Assembly: GCF_006345805.1 (NCBI RefSeq)
Contig: NC_043007.1
Coordinates: 77,376,001 to 77,440,000, forward strand
From: Octopus sinensis
Taxonomy: Eukaryota
Direction of reading: 5' to 3'
DNA length: 64,000 nucleotides
The notes under the pieces were generated by a model that searched no databases, was not told where the DNA came from, and saw only the letters and a program-made list of their open reading frames with translations. Position 1 is the stretch's first letter. The number at the start of each line of letters is the position of its first letter. Both the position numbers and the translations under genes were made by a program. This document shows positions 50,301 through 63,995 of the stretch, in pieces.

Positions 50301-51102
50301 ACAGACACGTCTATATTGACTCTCAGGAGAAAAAAAAAAAGCACTTCTTTTATGAACAATACTAATTGAGGAAAGATAAGACACACACACACACACACAA
50401 GCACACACACACACACAGAAATACACACACACGCACACACAAACATGCTCAGAGTTATCTTTTCTTCTCTTTAATATTTTTTCCCCCTCTTCAAAACTTC
50501 CAATTATTTTATCTCCTCGATATTTTTTCAGTAAAATATAATGAAGAAATATATGCATTGCATTGAAATTTCTAAATGGATATCTCTGTAAGTTTGTGCT
50601 TCTAACAAGGGATTATCTCTGTTTTTAGGTTTTATACAAACAGTTTGTTACATTACAAAGTGCTAAAACTTTAAATTTCTTTTCCGGACTCTTTATTTTC
50701 TTAAAAATATGTGATGCAGAGTGTCAATATATGAAGTTACTCAGCTGCACACATCTATCTAGATATATGCTCATCTATTTTATCTATTAAGACAGCAGCC
50801 TGCGTATGTGTATGTAGACATCTATCTGTGCTGGTATGTAAGTGTATGTGTATGTGTACGTGTCTGTGAATGTTTGTGCGTGTGTAAGTTTGTGCGTTTG
50901 TGCATATGTGCATGCATGTGTGTGCATGCATGCCTGAATATCTGCAGGCATTGTGTGTGGATGTGTGTGTGTGTGTATATATGCATACATCCCAGCAATC
51001 CAATATATATATATATATATATATCTTTCTATATCTCTGTATACTCTCTGCAAGTATGTGTGTCTGTGTTTGTGTCTGTACATGGATGCATACATACATA
51101 CA

Positions 51103-51136
<34 letters not shown>

Positions 51137-51265
51137 CATACGTATATTTGTACGTAAATCTATCTATCTTTATATATATACACACACGTTATATGTATAT
51201 AGGTATTTGTGTGTGTGTGTGTATGTATGTTTATATCAGTGTACGTATATGTATTTCCATATCTA

Positions 51266-51303
<38 letters not shown>

Positions 51304-51989
51304 ATACATACATGAGTATATATTTGTATATGTACATCGGTGTGTGTGTGTGACTGTACGTGTATGCGTGTATGCATATGAGCTAAGAGGAACCAGAAGA
51401 GACAACGAAAGATGATGATGATGATGATGATGATGATGACGATGACGACGACGATGATGATGCCGGTAGTGGTGGTAATGGTGGCGATGGTGGTGGTGGT
51501 GGTGGTGGTGGTGGTGGAGGTGGGTAACTTGAGTAGTGGAAAACATAGCCTTGTACGTTTTTAAGTTATTAAAAGCTTATATATGGAAATAACAACAGTT
51601 ATATTGTACAAGAAATATACCATTAAAGACATTTTCTACGCTAGCCAGTATGTCGTCAAAACTTTACATGACGGCTTTATATATCTGACAGAACAGTCTT
51701 GCCTAAAAATACTCAATACATACGCATAGACACACATATATATGTAAGCATGTGTGTGTGTGCATGCGTGTGTGTGCATGTGTGTTTATGTATATATATA
51801 TGTGTATGTGTGTGTGTGTGTAGGCACACGCGTATATTCGTAGATAAGCACACAAACGCTCTTGTTTACGTTGCATATAATAATAAATAACTGGATGGAA
51901 TAGAAAAGAAAAAAAAAAGAAAATGAATCAGATGAGACAAAACTGAAGCAACTTTTTATCAATTAGTTGGTAAACAATAACAATATGTA

Positions 51990-52123
51990 CATTTGTATAT
52001 ATGTATATGCAATGAGTGAACATATACATATGTGTACTGTATGTATGCATAGCACATATATATATATATATATATATATCTATATATATATATATAATGT
52101 AATATATATACAATGTATGTATA

Positions 52124-52171
<48 letters not shown>

Positions 52172-52304
52172 ATATATATATGTATGTACATATATAGATA
52201 TTTATATAATGATATATACGTGCGTGTATAAATATATGTATACATGTATAAATACATATATATGTAAATATATATATAATATATAATGTAATATATATAC
52301 AATG

Positions 52305-52347
<43 letters not shown>

Positions 52348-52688
52348 TATATATATTATGTATATATATATTATATATACATGTGTATATGTGCGTATAT
52401 ATGTGCATATCTGTCTATCTATCTATCTATTATCTATCTATCTTCTATCTATCTATCTATCTATATCTATCTATCTATATATATATATATCTATATATAT
52501 ATATATTATATATATATATACATCTATGTGTTTATATCTATCTATCTATCTATCTATCTATCTGTCTGTCTATCTATCTATCTATCTATCTACCTACCTA
52601 TCTATCTATCTAATCTCTCTATCTATCTATCTATCTATCTACCTACCTATCTATCTATCTATATATATATATATATGTATATATATAT

Positions 52689-52759
<71 letters not shown>

Positions 52760-53183
52760 ATGTGCTACAGCCTCTGGCTGAAACAAAAGTACACACAAAC
52801 ACACGCATACAAACAAGGAGACACACCCACACACGTACACACACACACACATACACATGCACACACACACACATATACACACTTACATACCTATACATTT
52901 GAGTTATATTTTAATGGAAATATTTCAAATACGTTCTAAAACTATTACTGCATATATCGAGTTATACACACATAATTCTTCTGTCTGTCTGTTTTTTGCA
53001 TTCTTATTATTCTCAGGCTCTCTCTCCTTCCTCTCTGCCTAAACACACCCTCACATACACAGAAATACACACATAAACATATGTGTACGTATATATATAT
53101 ATATATACATCTATGTGTTTATATCTATCTATCTATCTATCTATCTATCCATCCATCAATTCATCCATTCATCTATCTATCTG

Positions 53184-53228
<45 letters not shown>

Positions 53229-53360
53229 ATATATATATATTTCTACAGCCATAGACACACATGTACGTATATACATATGCACGTATACACACACACACAC
53301 ACATACAAACACACACACACACACACACGCACACGCAAACACACACACACACATATATAT
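51990..53360. repeat. Compound TA/TATC/TG/CA microsatellite field
   Basis: Direct reading. Confidence 0.9.
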
Positions 53361-53647
53361 ACATTGCTCGAGAATGGCTTAGTTGGCTAAAACTTCGAAG
53401 TCACTGTTAATATTAGTATTCAAGAATTTGCAGACTCCCAAATGCCTTGAGTGATCCTTCAGTTTAATGCAAGACTGTTTTTATTATAACATAAATGGAA
53501 ACACTAATGCATACACACACATGTATGCGTGTATGTATATCTGACTGTCCGTCTGTCTGTCTGTATCTATGTATGTATTTAAATATGCATATATACATAC
53601 ATACATATATCTATATATCTATATATATCTCTATATATCTATATATA

Positions 53648-53712
<65 letters not shown>

Positions 53713-54291
53713 TGTGATGAACTGGCGTCCCGTTTAGAAAGGGCAGTGATATAACTGCAGTCACTTATGCATCTTCAAACCGGGTTAAGCTGCTGTCTTA
53801 AGTGTCCTCGGGCTCACGGCAGTCCATACATGTGAGATATATACACAGACAGAAGATATATTTAACGAGACGGGCTAATATCTTTATAATTCCATGCGCT
53901 TCTTAATCTAGTTGAACTTCAAATGGGTGTTGAGATGACAGAAGTGGTAGAGTGTCGCCCTTCACATTGATAATGGTTTGTTCCATTATTGCCTGTGTTG
54001 AAATCTCTCCAGATTCGAGTTCGTCTCTTAGAGTTCCGATGTTAATAATTTTCTAAGTACCAGCTGTCTATTAAGTGTCATTCAACTGATATACGTACAT
54101 ACATACATACATACATACATACATACATACACACACATGCATACATACATACATACATACATACATACATACATACATACATACATACATACATACATAC
54201 ATACATGCATGCATGCATACATACATACATACATACATACATACATACATACATACATACATACATGTATACATACATATATACATACATA

Positions 54292-54790
54292 CTGTCTTCG
54301 GGATATTATCTTCCCGGTGGCCAAAACAGTCTGGAATAGGATAACAAAAGAAGAAAAAAACCTTCTGACGAAGTTGACTATATCGAAACCGATGGATAAA
54401 AGAAAATAGTGGTGGGACTTAAAAACTGAAACAGCTGTCAAGTTAAAACACAACCGGCCAGACATTGCTGCGCGGAACTTCAAGCAAGAGGTGTTCTGTT
54501 GCAAAAGTTAGCTGCTCTCTGGACACCAATATGGTTAGAGAAATACAGGTGAAAGAGGACATCTACGGACCATTCATGAGGACTTTGCAAATCCAATATT
54601 CAAGATATACTTTCAGTTTTATACCTATTATTACAATTGGAGCAACAGGATACACACAAACATGTCTGGAGTAAAGTATGGTCGAACTTAGAATCTTAGG
54701 GAGAGAACGCAGATCCTTAATACATACGCTACAAATCACGATATCTGGGACTAAAAAGTCTGCAAGACTTTCTTAATATTTGAAGGATGA
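54292..54790 (+). pseudogene. Restriction-like endonuclease (RLE) domain of an R4/Dong-like non-LTR retrotransposon, 3' fragment
   Basis: AKTVWN, WWDLKTETAVKLKHNRPDI, VSCSLDTNM..KEDIYG, FIPIITIGATG match the HNRPDI...PIxIGAxG RLE pattern. Frameshifted. Confidence 0.8.
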
Positions 54791-54998
54791 TGAATCAAAC
54801 AAGATGCTTTCCTTTACAACCTTGCTACCAAGTAGGTGGCTGGTCAAAATTTATTCTAAATTGAAAAGAGACAGAGAACATACATACATATTCATTCGCA
54901 AATTCATTTATACATAAATTCATATTCATTCGCACATTCATCTATCCATGTATACGTACATCCATATATATATACTTGTGTGTGTGCGTGTATATGTA

Positions 54999-55304
54999 GG
55001 ATACGGAACTTTGGTCTTAACCACTTTAGTCTAAGACACTTTGGTCTAAAGCCATTTTTGTCTAAAGACACTTTAGTCTAAGCATTTTCGTCTGAAGACA
55101 AAAAAGGATTATTAGAGTATAGCTATTTATCTCTTTTACATTTTTGTTTGAGATTGTTTAGAAAAAATAGTTATTAGACCAAAGTGAGTTTAGACAAAAA
55201 TGTCTTTAGACTATAATGTATTTATACAAAAATCACTTTAGACCAAAGTTCTTTAGACCATAGCGCATTAGTCCGAAGTGTTTTAGACGAAAAATTCTAG
55301 ATCC
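54999..55304. mobile_element. Foldback-like MITE with ~15-bp subterminal tandem repeats in inverted arms
   Basis: GGAT...ATCC termini. Left arm repeats CACTTTGGTCTAA-like units and right arm repeats TTAGACCAAAGTG-like units. Confidence 0.8.
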
Positions 55305-55693
55305 ATATATATGTGTATATAAAAACACCCGGTCCGTTCAGTGTCGCCATCTATTAGGAATCTCAGAAGTCGATGTTTTAAGCTTCTTGACTATTTTCGA
55401 TGAGATGTAACTAAGAGAGGCAATTCTAAACGGACTTACAAAGCTACAGCCTTTTGTATAATTCAGTCAACACGTTGTCTGATTTGCGATAGTAGATTGC
55501 CCAAGCGAAGGAAAATAACGAATTATTAGCGCTCTGCAGTGTTTATGTATGAGGAGAATTAGATAAGTTGAAATATATCTACCGGTGGGGGAAACAAACA
55601 CGAAACAAACACACACACACACATAAACGCACACACACATAAATGCAACACACACAAACACATACTCACACACACACTTACACACAGACGCGA

Positions 55694-55728
<35 letters not shown>

Positions 55729-55975
55729 AAACACATACTCACACACACATTTACACACACACACACATAGACACAGACACACACGACAGGTTTCACTCTG
55801 TTTCCATCTATCAAATTCACTCACAGGGCAATGGTCATCCCGAGACTACCATAGAAGTCACTTGCCTAATGGGACTGATCCCGGAACCGTGTGGCTGCAA
55901 AGCATACACACATACAAACACATACATATATACATGTGCACGTGTATTCATGCGTTTACACATGCATACATGGAT

Positions 55976-56358
55976 GGAAGCACTCCGTCGGTTACGACGA
56001 CGAGGGTTCCGGTTGATCCGATCAACGGAACAGCCTGCTCGTGAAATTAACGTGTAAGTGGCTGAGCACTCCACAGACACGTGTACCCTTAACGTAGTTC
56101 TCGGGGATATTCAGCGTGACACAGAGAGTAACAAGGCCGGCCCTTTGAAATACAAGTACAACAGAAACAGGAAGTAAGAGTGAGAGAAAGTTGTGGTGAA
56201 AGAGTACAGCAGGGATCACCACCATCCCCTGCCCGAGCCTCGTGGAGCTTTAGGTGTTTTCGCTCAATAAACACTCACAACGCCCGGTCTGGGAATCGAA
56301 ACCGCGATCCTATGACCGCGAGTCCGCTGCCCTAACCACTGGGCCATTGCGCCTCCAC
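55976..56358 (-). mobile_element. SINE family C, full length
   Basis: Near-identical to the 28793 copy. Flanking ACATGCATACAT is repeated. Confidence 0.95.
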
Positions 56359-57049
56359 ACATGCATACATATATGGATACAGGCATACATACATGGATGC
56401 ACACATAAACACGTATGTGTTAAAATTATAGATCATCTGGACATGCAAAGATCAGTGCCTGTAGCTATAACCTCCAATATTCACTTTCTCATTGCCATGA
56501 CATAAAAATTCTTCACCAACGGCTAAATTCGTCGTCAGGCCGACAGGTTGGATTTTTTACTTTAGATCTTATCCCAATCTTTGTGATGCTTAAAAGGATT
56601 TAGAATATGCGATTTCTAACAACAAGAACAAGAACAACATCAACGGCAGCAACAACAACTAACTTATCTTGATAAATTCGCTTTACTCATGGCTGGCCAC
56701 CCTACGGAAGCTGAATTTCGGTGTCCTTACATGTAATATTTGAAACCATTTTTGACGAGGAAGAAAAACTGTAAATAAAGAAATGAAATGATTATTACAG
56801 TTTTCAAAAAATGGTTTAGTCAGGATAGAAGGCCGAGCCCAAAACCCTTCATAGAACCTCCGAGACTAGTCAAAGGGTAAGGAAGGAAGCTATCCTTAAA
56901 CAGTAGACCTGTCCTGACAGCTTGCAACAGAGTCTGCTGAAAGCATCCTATGTGCCAGTTGAAGGTATTAAACCGAATGGAATAAATTTACCACTGAAAT
57001 ATGTCGCGGTGAGATTTGAACTCACACGCAAAAATTTGGAACATAAACA

Positions 57050-57152
57050 GTCCCACTGCGTGGCACCTTGGGCAAATGTCTCCTACTATAGCATCAGGTC
57101 GACAAAAGCCTTGTGAGTGGATTTGGTAGACGGAAACTGAAAGAAACCCGTC

Positions 57153-57192
<40 letters not shown>

Positions 57193-57490
57193 CTCTTTTG
57201 CCGAACCGCTAATTAAGGGGACGTGAACACACCAGCATCGGTTATCAAGTATATATATATATGTATGTGTGTGTATATGTTTGTGTGTCTGTGTTTGTGC
57301 CCCCAACATAGCTTGATAACCGATGCTGGTGTGTTCACGTCCCCTTAACTTCGCGGTTCGGCAAAAGAGACCGATAGAATAAGTACTAGGCTTCCAAAGA
57401 ATAAGTCCTGGGGTCGATTTGCTCGACTAAAGACGGTGCTCCAGCATGGCCGCAGTCAAATGACTGAAACAAGTAAAAGAATAAATGAAT
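57050..57490 (+). mobile_element. SINE family A, 5' truncated, with internal inverted duplication
   Basis: 57186-57249 is the inverse of 57312-57376. Confidence 0.9.
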
Positions 57491-57645
57491 AAAAGAAAAG
57501 TCTCATAGTTCGATTTGGCTTCTTTTTTCTATCGACTCTGAGAGTAAATTTATTTAAATGCAAGAAAAAATGTTTTCATGTATCATGTATCCGCCAATGA
57601 GGCAGTATTAACTTCAAATATCCATCTATATATACCACTTAATAC

Positions 57646-58022
57646 AAAGCAGCGAGCTGGCAGAAACGTTAGCACGCCGGACGAAATGCTTAGCGGTATT
57701 TCGTCTGCCGCTCGTTCTGAGTTCAAATTACGCCGAGGTCGACTTTGCCTTTCATCCTTTCGGGGTCGATTAAATAAGTACCAGTTACGCACTGAGGTCG
57801 ATATAATCGACTTAATCCGTTTGTTTGTCCTTGTTTGTCCTCTCTGTTTTCAGCCCCTTGTGGGTAGTAAAGAAATAGGTATTTCGCCTGTCTTTACGAC
57901 CCCTGTTGTACTGTTTCTTGGGTAACGCTGCGATGGACTGGCGTCCCGTCCAGCTGGGGGGAACACATATGCCATAGAAAGCGGGAAACCGGGCCCATGA
58001 GTCTGGCTAGGCTTGAAAAGAA
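57646..58022 (+). mobile_element. SINE B (57646-57898) joined to a SINE D 3' part (57920-58022)
   Basis: Family B body followed by CTGCGATGGACTGGCGTCCCGTCCAGCTGGGGGAACACAT. Confidence 0.85.
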
Positions 58023-58110
58023 CACACACACACAATAAAAGAAAAACACACACACACACACATTATTGTTGTTGTTGTCATTAAGGTGGCCAGATGACAG
58101 AACTGTTAGT

Positions 58111-59300
58111 ACGCCGGACAAAATGTTTAGCGGCTATTCGTCCGTCTTTACGTTTCGAGTTTAAATTCCGACGCCGATGTCGACTTTGCCTTAATAACGC
58201 CGGACAAAATATTTAGCGGCTATTCGTCCGTCTTTACGTTTTGAGTTTAAATTCCGACGCCGATGTCGACTTTGCCTTAATAACGCCGGACAAAATATTT
58301 AGCGGCTATTCGTCCGTCTACGTTTCGAGTTTAAATTCCGACGCCGATGTCGACTTTGACTTAATAACGCCGGACAAAATATTTAGCGGCTATTCGTCCG
58401 TCTTTACGTTTTGAGTTTAAATTCACGCCGATGTCGACTTTGCCTTAATAACGCCGGACAAAATGTTTAGCGGCTATTCGTCCGTCTTTACGTTTTGAGT
58501 TTTTCCGACGCCGATGTCGACTTTGCCTTATAACGCCGGACAAAATATTTAGCGGCTATTCGTCCGTCTTTACGTTTTGAGTTTAAATTCCGACGCCGAT
58601 GTCGACTTTGCCTTAATAACGCCGGACAAAATATTTAGCGGCTATTCGTCCGTCTTTACGTTTTGAGTTTAAATTCCGACGCCGATGTCGACTTTGCCTT
58701 AATAACGCCGGACAAAATATTTAGCGGCTATTCGTCCGTCTTTACGTTTTGAGTTTAAATTCCGACGCCGATGTCGACTTGCCTTAATAACGCCGGACAA
58801 AATATTTAGCGGCTATTCGTCCGTCTTTACGTTTTGAGTTTAAATTCCGACGCCGATGTCGACTTTGCCTTAATAACGCCGGACAAAATATTTAGCGGCT
58901 ATTCGTCCGTCTTTACGTTTTGAGTTTAAATTCCGACGCCGATGTCGACTTTGCCTTAATAACGCCGGACAAAATATTTAGCGGCTATTCGTCCGTCTTT
59001 ACGTTTTGAGTTTAAATTCCGACGCCGATGTCGACTTTGCCTTAATAACGCCGGACAAAATGTTTAGCGGCTATTCGTCCGTCTTTACGTTTTGAGTTTA
59101 AATTCCGACGCCGATGTCGACTTTGCCTTAATAACGCCGGACAAAATGTTTAGCGGCTATTCGTCCGTCTTTACGTTTTGAGTTTAAATTCCGACGCCGA
59201 TGTCGACTTTGCCTTAATAACGCCGGACAAAATATTTAGCGGCTATTCGTCCGTCTTTACGTTTTGAGTTTAAATTTCCGACGCCGATGTCGACTTTGCT
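58111..59300 (+). repeat. Tandem array, 14 x ~86 bp, derived from the SINE B 5' region
   Basis: Unit ACGCCGGACAAAATATTTAGCGGCTATTCGTCCGTCTTTACGTTTTGAGTTTAAATTCCGACGCCGATGTCGACTTTGCCTTAATA. SINE head at 58083 and SINE body resuming at ~59300. Confidence 0.95.
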
Positions 59301-60249
59301 TTTCATCCTTTCGAGGTCGGTATAATAAGTACCAGTAGACCACCGGGATCGATGATTGGAATGCAGATATGTTATACCCGATTATAAATTTTATGTATTT
59401 TAGTCTCTTTATTCTGAGTTTTCTTCCATTTTGCAAAGCGGAAAATGCTTGTGGATCCATAGTCTGCGGAGATCAATTACTGTTTGATTTTCTTCTTCGC
59501 TAACATAATTATTCTTGGACAATGCTTAGATATTGGTGTCTAGTTTTGGGAGATTCTGTGGCATATGATACATACTCGGCTCCTTTATCGTATTTTTATT
59601 TTCATATCTCTCCCTACGAATTTCTCGGAATCTTCCAAACGCATCCTGAGCACGTGGCACTCCAGGCAACGATCCGAGTTGTCTCTACGTTCAACCGACT
59701 TGCTTATGTCTTAGCTTTTCCCATGTGGATTATCTTAAAGAACAAACGATTCCCTCTACTAAATAATATTTAATAGTTCTTATATGTTGTTATTACATGT
59801 TAACGTTAGCATTATGGCGGAAATTGTTCTGTAAGGGTTATATTCGAGTGTAATTAATTCTAACTAGTTTCATAGCTACACAGCACGATAGACTGGCGGT
59901 ATTTTAACGGCAATATGTCTGTGTGTGTGTGTGTGTGTGTGTATGTGTGTGCGTACGTGTGTGTATGTGACTGTGTGTGCACGTGCGCGTGTATACATGC
60001 CTTTCTATTGCAAATACGTTTTTGACTAAATGGGTATCCGTGTGTCTGTGAGCGTGTGTTTTGAGGGAGAGTAGGCGAGAGAAGTACGTAAAAACGGGAG
60101 AGAGAGAGAGAGTGGGAGAAAGAGAGACGGAGAAAGAGAGAGAGAGACAGACAGACAGACAGAGAGAGAGACAGAGGTTGACAATAAGACAGTTAAACGG
60201 ATACTTCGGCAATAGGGAATGTAAGGACAGATAGGATACATATACACAC

Positions 60250-60315
<66 letters not shown>

Positions 60316-60333
60316 ATGCATATATATTAAATG

Positions 60334-60413
<80 letters not shown>

Positions 60414-60721
60414 TTATACATATATATATATTTATATATTTATATAGGTATATATGTGCACATATACATGTACACACATATATATACATACAGATATTTG
60501 AATGTATATATACATGCATATATATATATATATATACACCATATAATATACATTTATATATAACACACACACATATACGTATATACACACATATACGTAT
60601 ATACAGATATTTGAATGTATATATACATATATATACATACACACATATATGATATACAAATATATATAATACACACATATAAGTATATATACACATATGT
60701 ATATAAATATATATATGTATA

Positions 60722-60797
<76 letters not shown>

Positions 60798-61709
60798 ATA
60801 TAGATATGTATGTATGTATGTATATATAAATGTGTGTGTATATGTGTGTGTAACAGAATAAGAGATAGACAATAAAAAAACGAAAAAAATAACAACAAAA
60901 AAGCCAACAAACAGAAAACAAAACAAGCTAATCTTACTATACAATTGATAAAATAGACGGAATATAAGGTTGATGTTGTTGCTGTCGTCTGTTTGTGTTG
61001 ATTTCTTCAAACAATTTGGTGTCAAGCAACTTATAAGGTAGATAAAGGAATTTATTAATGCAAGTACGCCTAGTGCGGTGCCGATACCGAGGTGTCTGTC
61101 TCTCTGTCTCTCTGTCTCTGTCTCTCTGTCTCTCTGTCTCTCTGTCTGCCTGTCTGTTTGTATGTAGATATGAATGTACGTATGAATGTATGTATGTATG
61201 TATGTATGTATGTATGTATGTATGTATGTATGCATGTATGTATGTATGTGTGTATGTGTGTGTATGTATGTATGTATGTATGTATGTATGTATGTATGTA
61301 TGTGTGTGTGTGTGTGTATGTATGTATGTGTGTGTGTGTACGTATGTATATGTGTGTGTATGTATGCACGTATGTATGTATGTAAGTATGTATGTATGTA
61401 TATATGTATGTATGTATGTATATACGTATGTACGTATGAATGTATGTATGTACGTATATTTGTATGTATGCATGTACGTATGTACATAGATATGAACGTA
61501 TGCACGTATGTAGGTATAAGCATGTGTGTATACATAAGTATGTATGCAAGTATGTATGTATGTATGTATGTATGTATGTATGTATGTATGTATGTTGTAT
61601 GTATGTATGTATGTAAACATGGGTGCATTTATCAATGTATGCGCATGTATGCATGTATGTATCTATATATGTACGTATGTATGTATGTATGTATGTATGT
61701 ATGTATGTG

Positions 61710-61741
<32 letters not shown>

Positions 61742-62609
61742 GTATGTATGTATGCATGTATGTATGTACGTACGTATGTATGAGTGTACGTATGCATGTA
61801 TCTATTATTATGTATGCGTGCGTGTAAGTGTATGGATGTGTACATGAGCGTATGTGTGCGTATGTGTGGGAGAGTGTGCTGTTCCATGCCTCTGTGTGTG
61901 TGTGTGTGTGTATGTGTGTGTGTATGCGTGTGTATGTGTGAGTGAGGAGAGAAGGTATGTGTGAGGAGAGAAGTGTATGTGTGAATGTGTGTCTGTGTAT
62001 AATGAAAGTGTGTGTGAGTATGCGTGTGTGCTTGTGGATGTATATATGTTTACGTATCTGTATGTGTGTGTGTGTGAGTGTGCATGTGTGTGTGCACAAG
62101 GATGTATACGCGTGTTTATACACTCGCGTGTGTGTGTGCGCGTGTATGTATATGTGTGTTTATGTATCTCTGAGTGTGTGTAGTAGTTTACGGTGTTTCA
62201 TATCATGGAAGCCATAGTTGTAAGCTAATATCCCAATCACACGCCATTTTACGCTGAATTCCATCAGCAGTGGTCTTTGTAGAATTTGTTGTTGCTGTTG
62301 TTTTTATCGGTGATGGCGGTGGTGGTGTTACTCTTTAAAGAAACAATTTGGTGTTTGTATCTGTGTGTGCACTTGTATATGTGTATGTGCGTAGTGTAGG
62401 GATTTGAGGGTATGCCTGTGCTTACATATATATATACAAATATATATACATACAATATATATATTTGTATGCATACATACATATATTTGTAATGCAGACA
62501 TAGGTGCATATATATATATATATATATATATAATATAATATATAATATATATGTATACAGATAAACCTCACTGTCTCTGACTTTCTCTTGATATATATAT
62601 ATATATATA

Positions 62610-62660
<51 letters not shown>

Positions 62661-62839
62661 TATTATATATACTGAACTCTACTACGTTCTTAACAGAATA
62701 TACCATAACTATACACACATACACACACACACCCCACACATATAGGAAGAGAGAGAGAGGGAGAGAAAAAGAGATAAGAAGACGTTATATATCTGTCGAA
62801 TATTTCTATATATGCGCGTATGAATATGTTTACAAAAAA

Positions 62840-62904
<65 letters not shown>

Positions 62905-62921
62905 GTCTGTCTATCTATCTG

Positions 62922-62968
<47 letters not shown>

Positions 62969-62969
62969 G

Positions 62970-63042
<73 letters not shown>

Positions 63043-63087
63043 TTATCTATCTATCTATCACACTTTGTGTGTGTATATATATATTAT

Positions 63088-63128
<41 letters not shown>

Positions 63129-63470
63129 TTATATTTATATATTTTCTATATAGTAACATTCTATATATTCGTCTACATGTATATATAAATATATGTGGTC
63201 TTCTATTCATATTTGTACTATCTCTGTATACATACATAATACATACATACATAATACATACATACATACATACATACATACATACATACATGCATACATA
63301 CGTACATACATATACATATATGCATACATACATATATACACATACATACATACACATACATACATTCATACATGCATACATACATACGTACATATATATA
63401 TATACATACATACATACATACATACATACATACATACATACATACATACATACATACATACATACGTGTA
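60250..63470. repeat. Large compound microsatellite field (TA, TATG, TG, TATC, TACA) with short unique spacers
   Basis: Direct reading. Source of the 200-310 aa pseudo-ORFs. Confidence 0.92.
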
Positions 63471-63837
63471 TATATGTTCTTAAGTATTCGTTTAATTTGT
63501 TCTGTGTGATTGCTTCGTGAAAGGTCGTCTGCTCTTACACATTATCAAATGCCGCGTAAAGATACTAGCAGCTTTGTTTGTCTCAGACAGTAGCAACATG
63601 GTCTGTTTGGCCTCAATGTCAATTCTATCGGCACGGCCAGTCTGTCCCCTCACTTATCTCATTCCCACCCAGATACGTGATTCGCACCTGACCTAGCACA
63701 GGTGTGCCAGGCCACGACTGACAAGGACAAAGATTGGACATTATTGCTTTCATTTTGTTTGGTTGGGTTTTTTGATGCGTTTACATGTCTTTGTTGTTTG
63801 TTGGTTGTGTGTTGATGTTAAGGCTGCTACTTTTAAA

Positions 63838-63995
63838 AGTAGTGGTAGTAGTAGTAGTAAGTAGTAGTAGTAGTAGTAGTAGTAGTAGCAGCAGCAGCAG
63901 CAGCAGTTTCAGTAGTGGAAATAGTAGTAGTAGTTATTATGTCGTAGACGTTCTAGAAGTGATAGTGGTGGTGGTGGTAGTTGTTGTAGTAGCAA
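63838..63995. repeat. (AGT)n/(AGC)n/(GGT)n microsatellite
   Basis: Direct reading. Confidence 0.9.

Noticed and set aside
54365-54392. CTGACGA...GAAACCG
   Set aside because: Lies within the RLE coding remnant. Stems I and II do not pair and there is no UH site.
55340-55358. CTCF-like word (minus strand CTAATAGATGGCGAC)
   Set aside because: A single imperfect short motif, not distinguishable from chance without ChIP data.
56280-56358. tRNA gene-like A/B boxes (also in the other SINE heads)
   Set aside because: They run directly into SINE bodies and are bounded by TSDs, so they are tRNA-derived heads rather than tRNA genes.
58111-59300. CRISPR-like regular array
   Set aside because: Units repeat along their whole length with no unique spacers, there are no cas genes, and the unit derives from a SINE.
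60250-63520. Long ORFs (200-310 aa) rich in Y/I/H/T/C/V/M, and similar ones across the window
   Set aside because: Translations of stop-free di-, tri- and tetranucleotide microsatellites, open in several frames at once.
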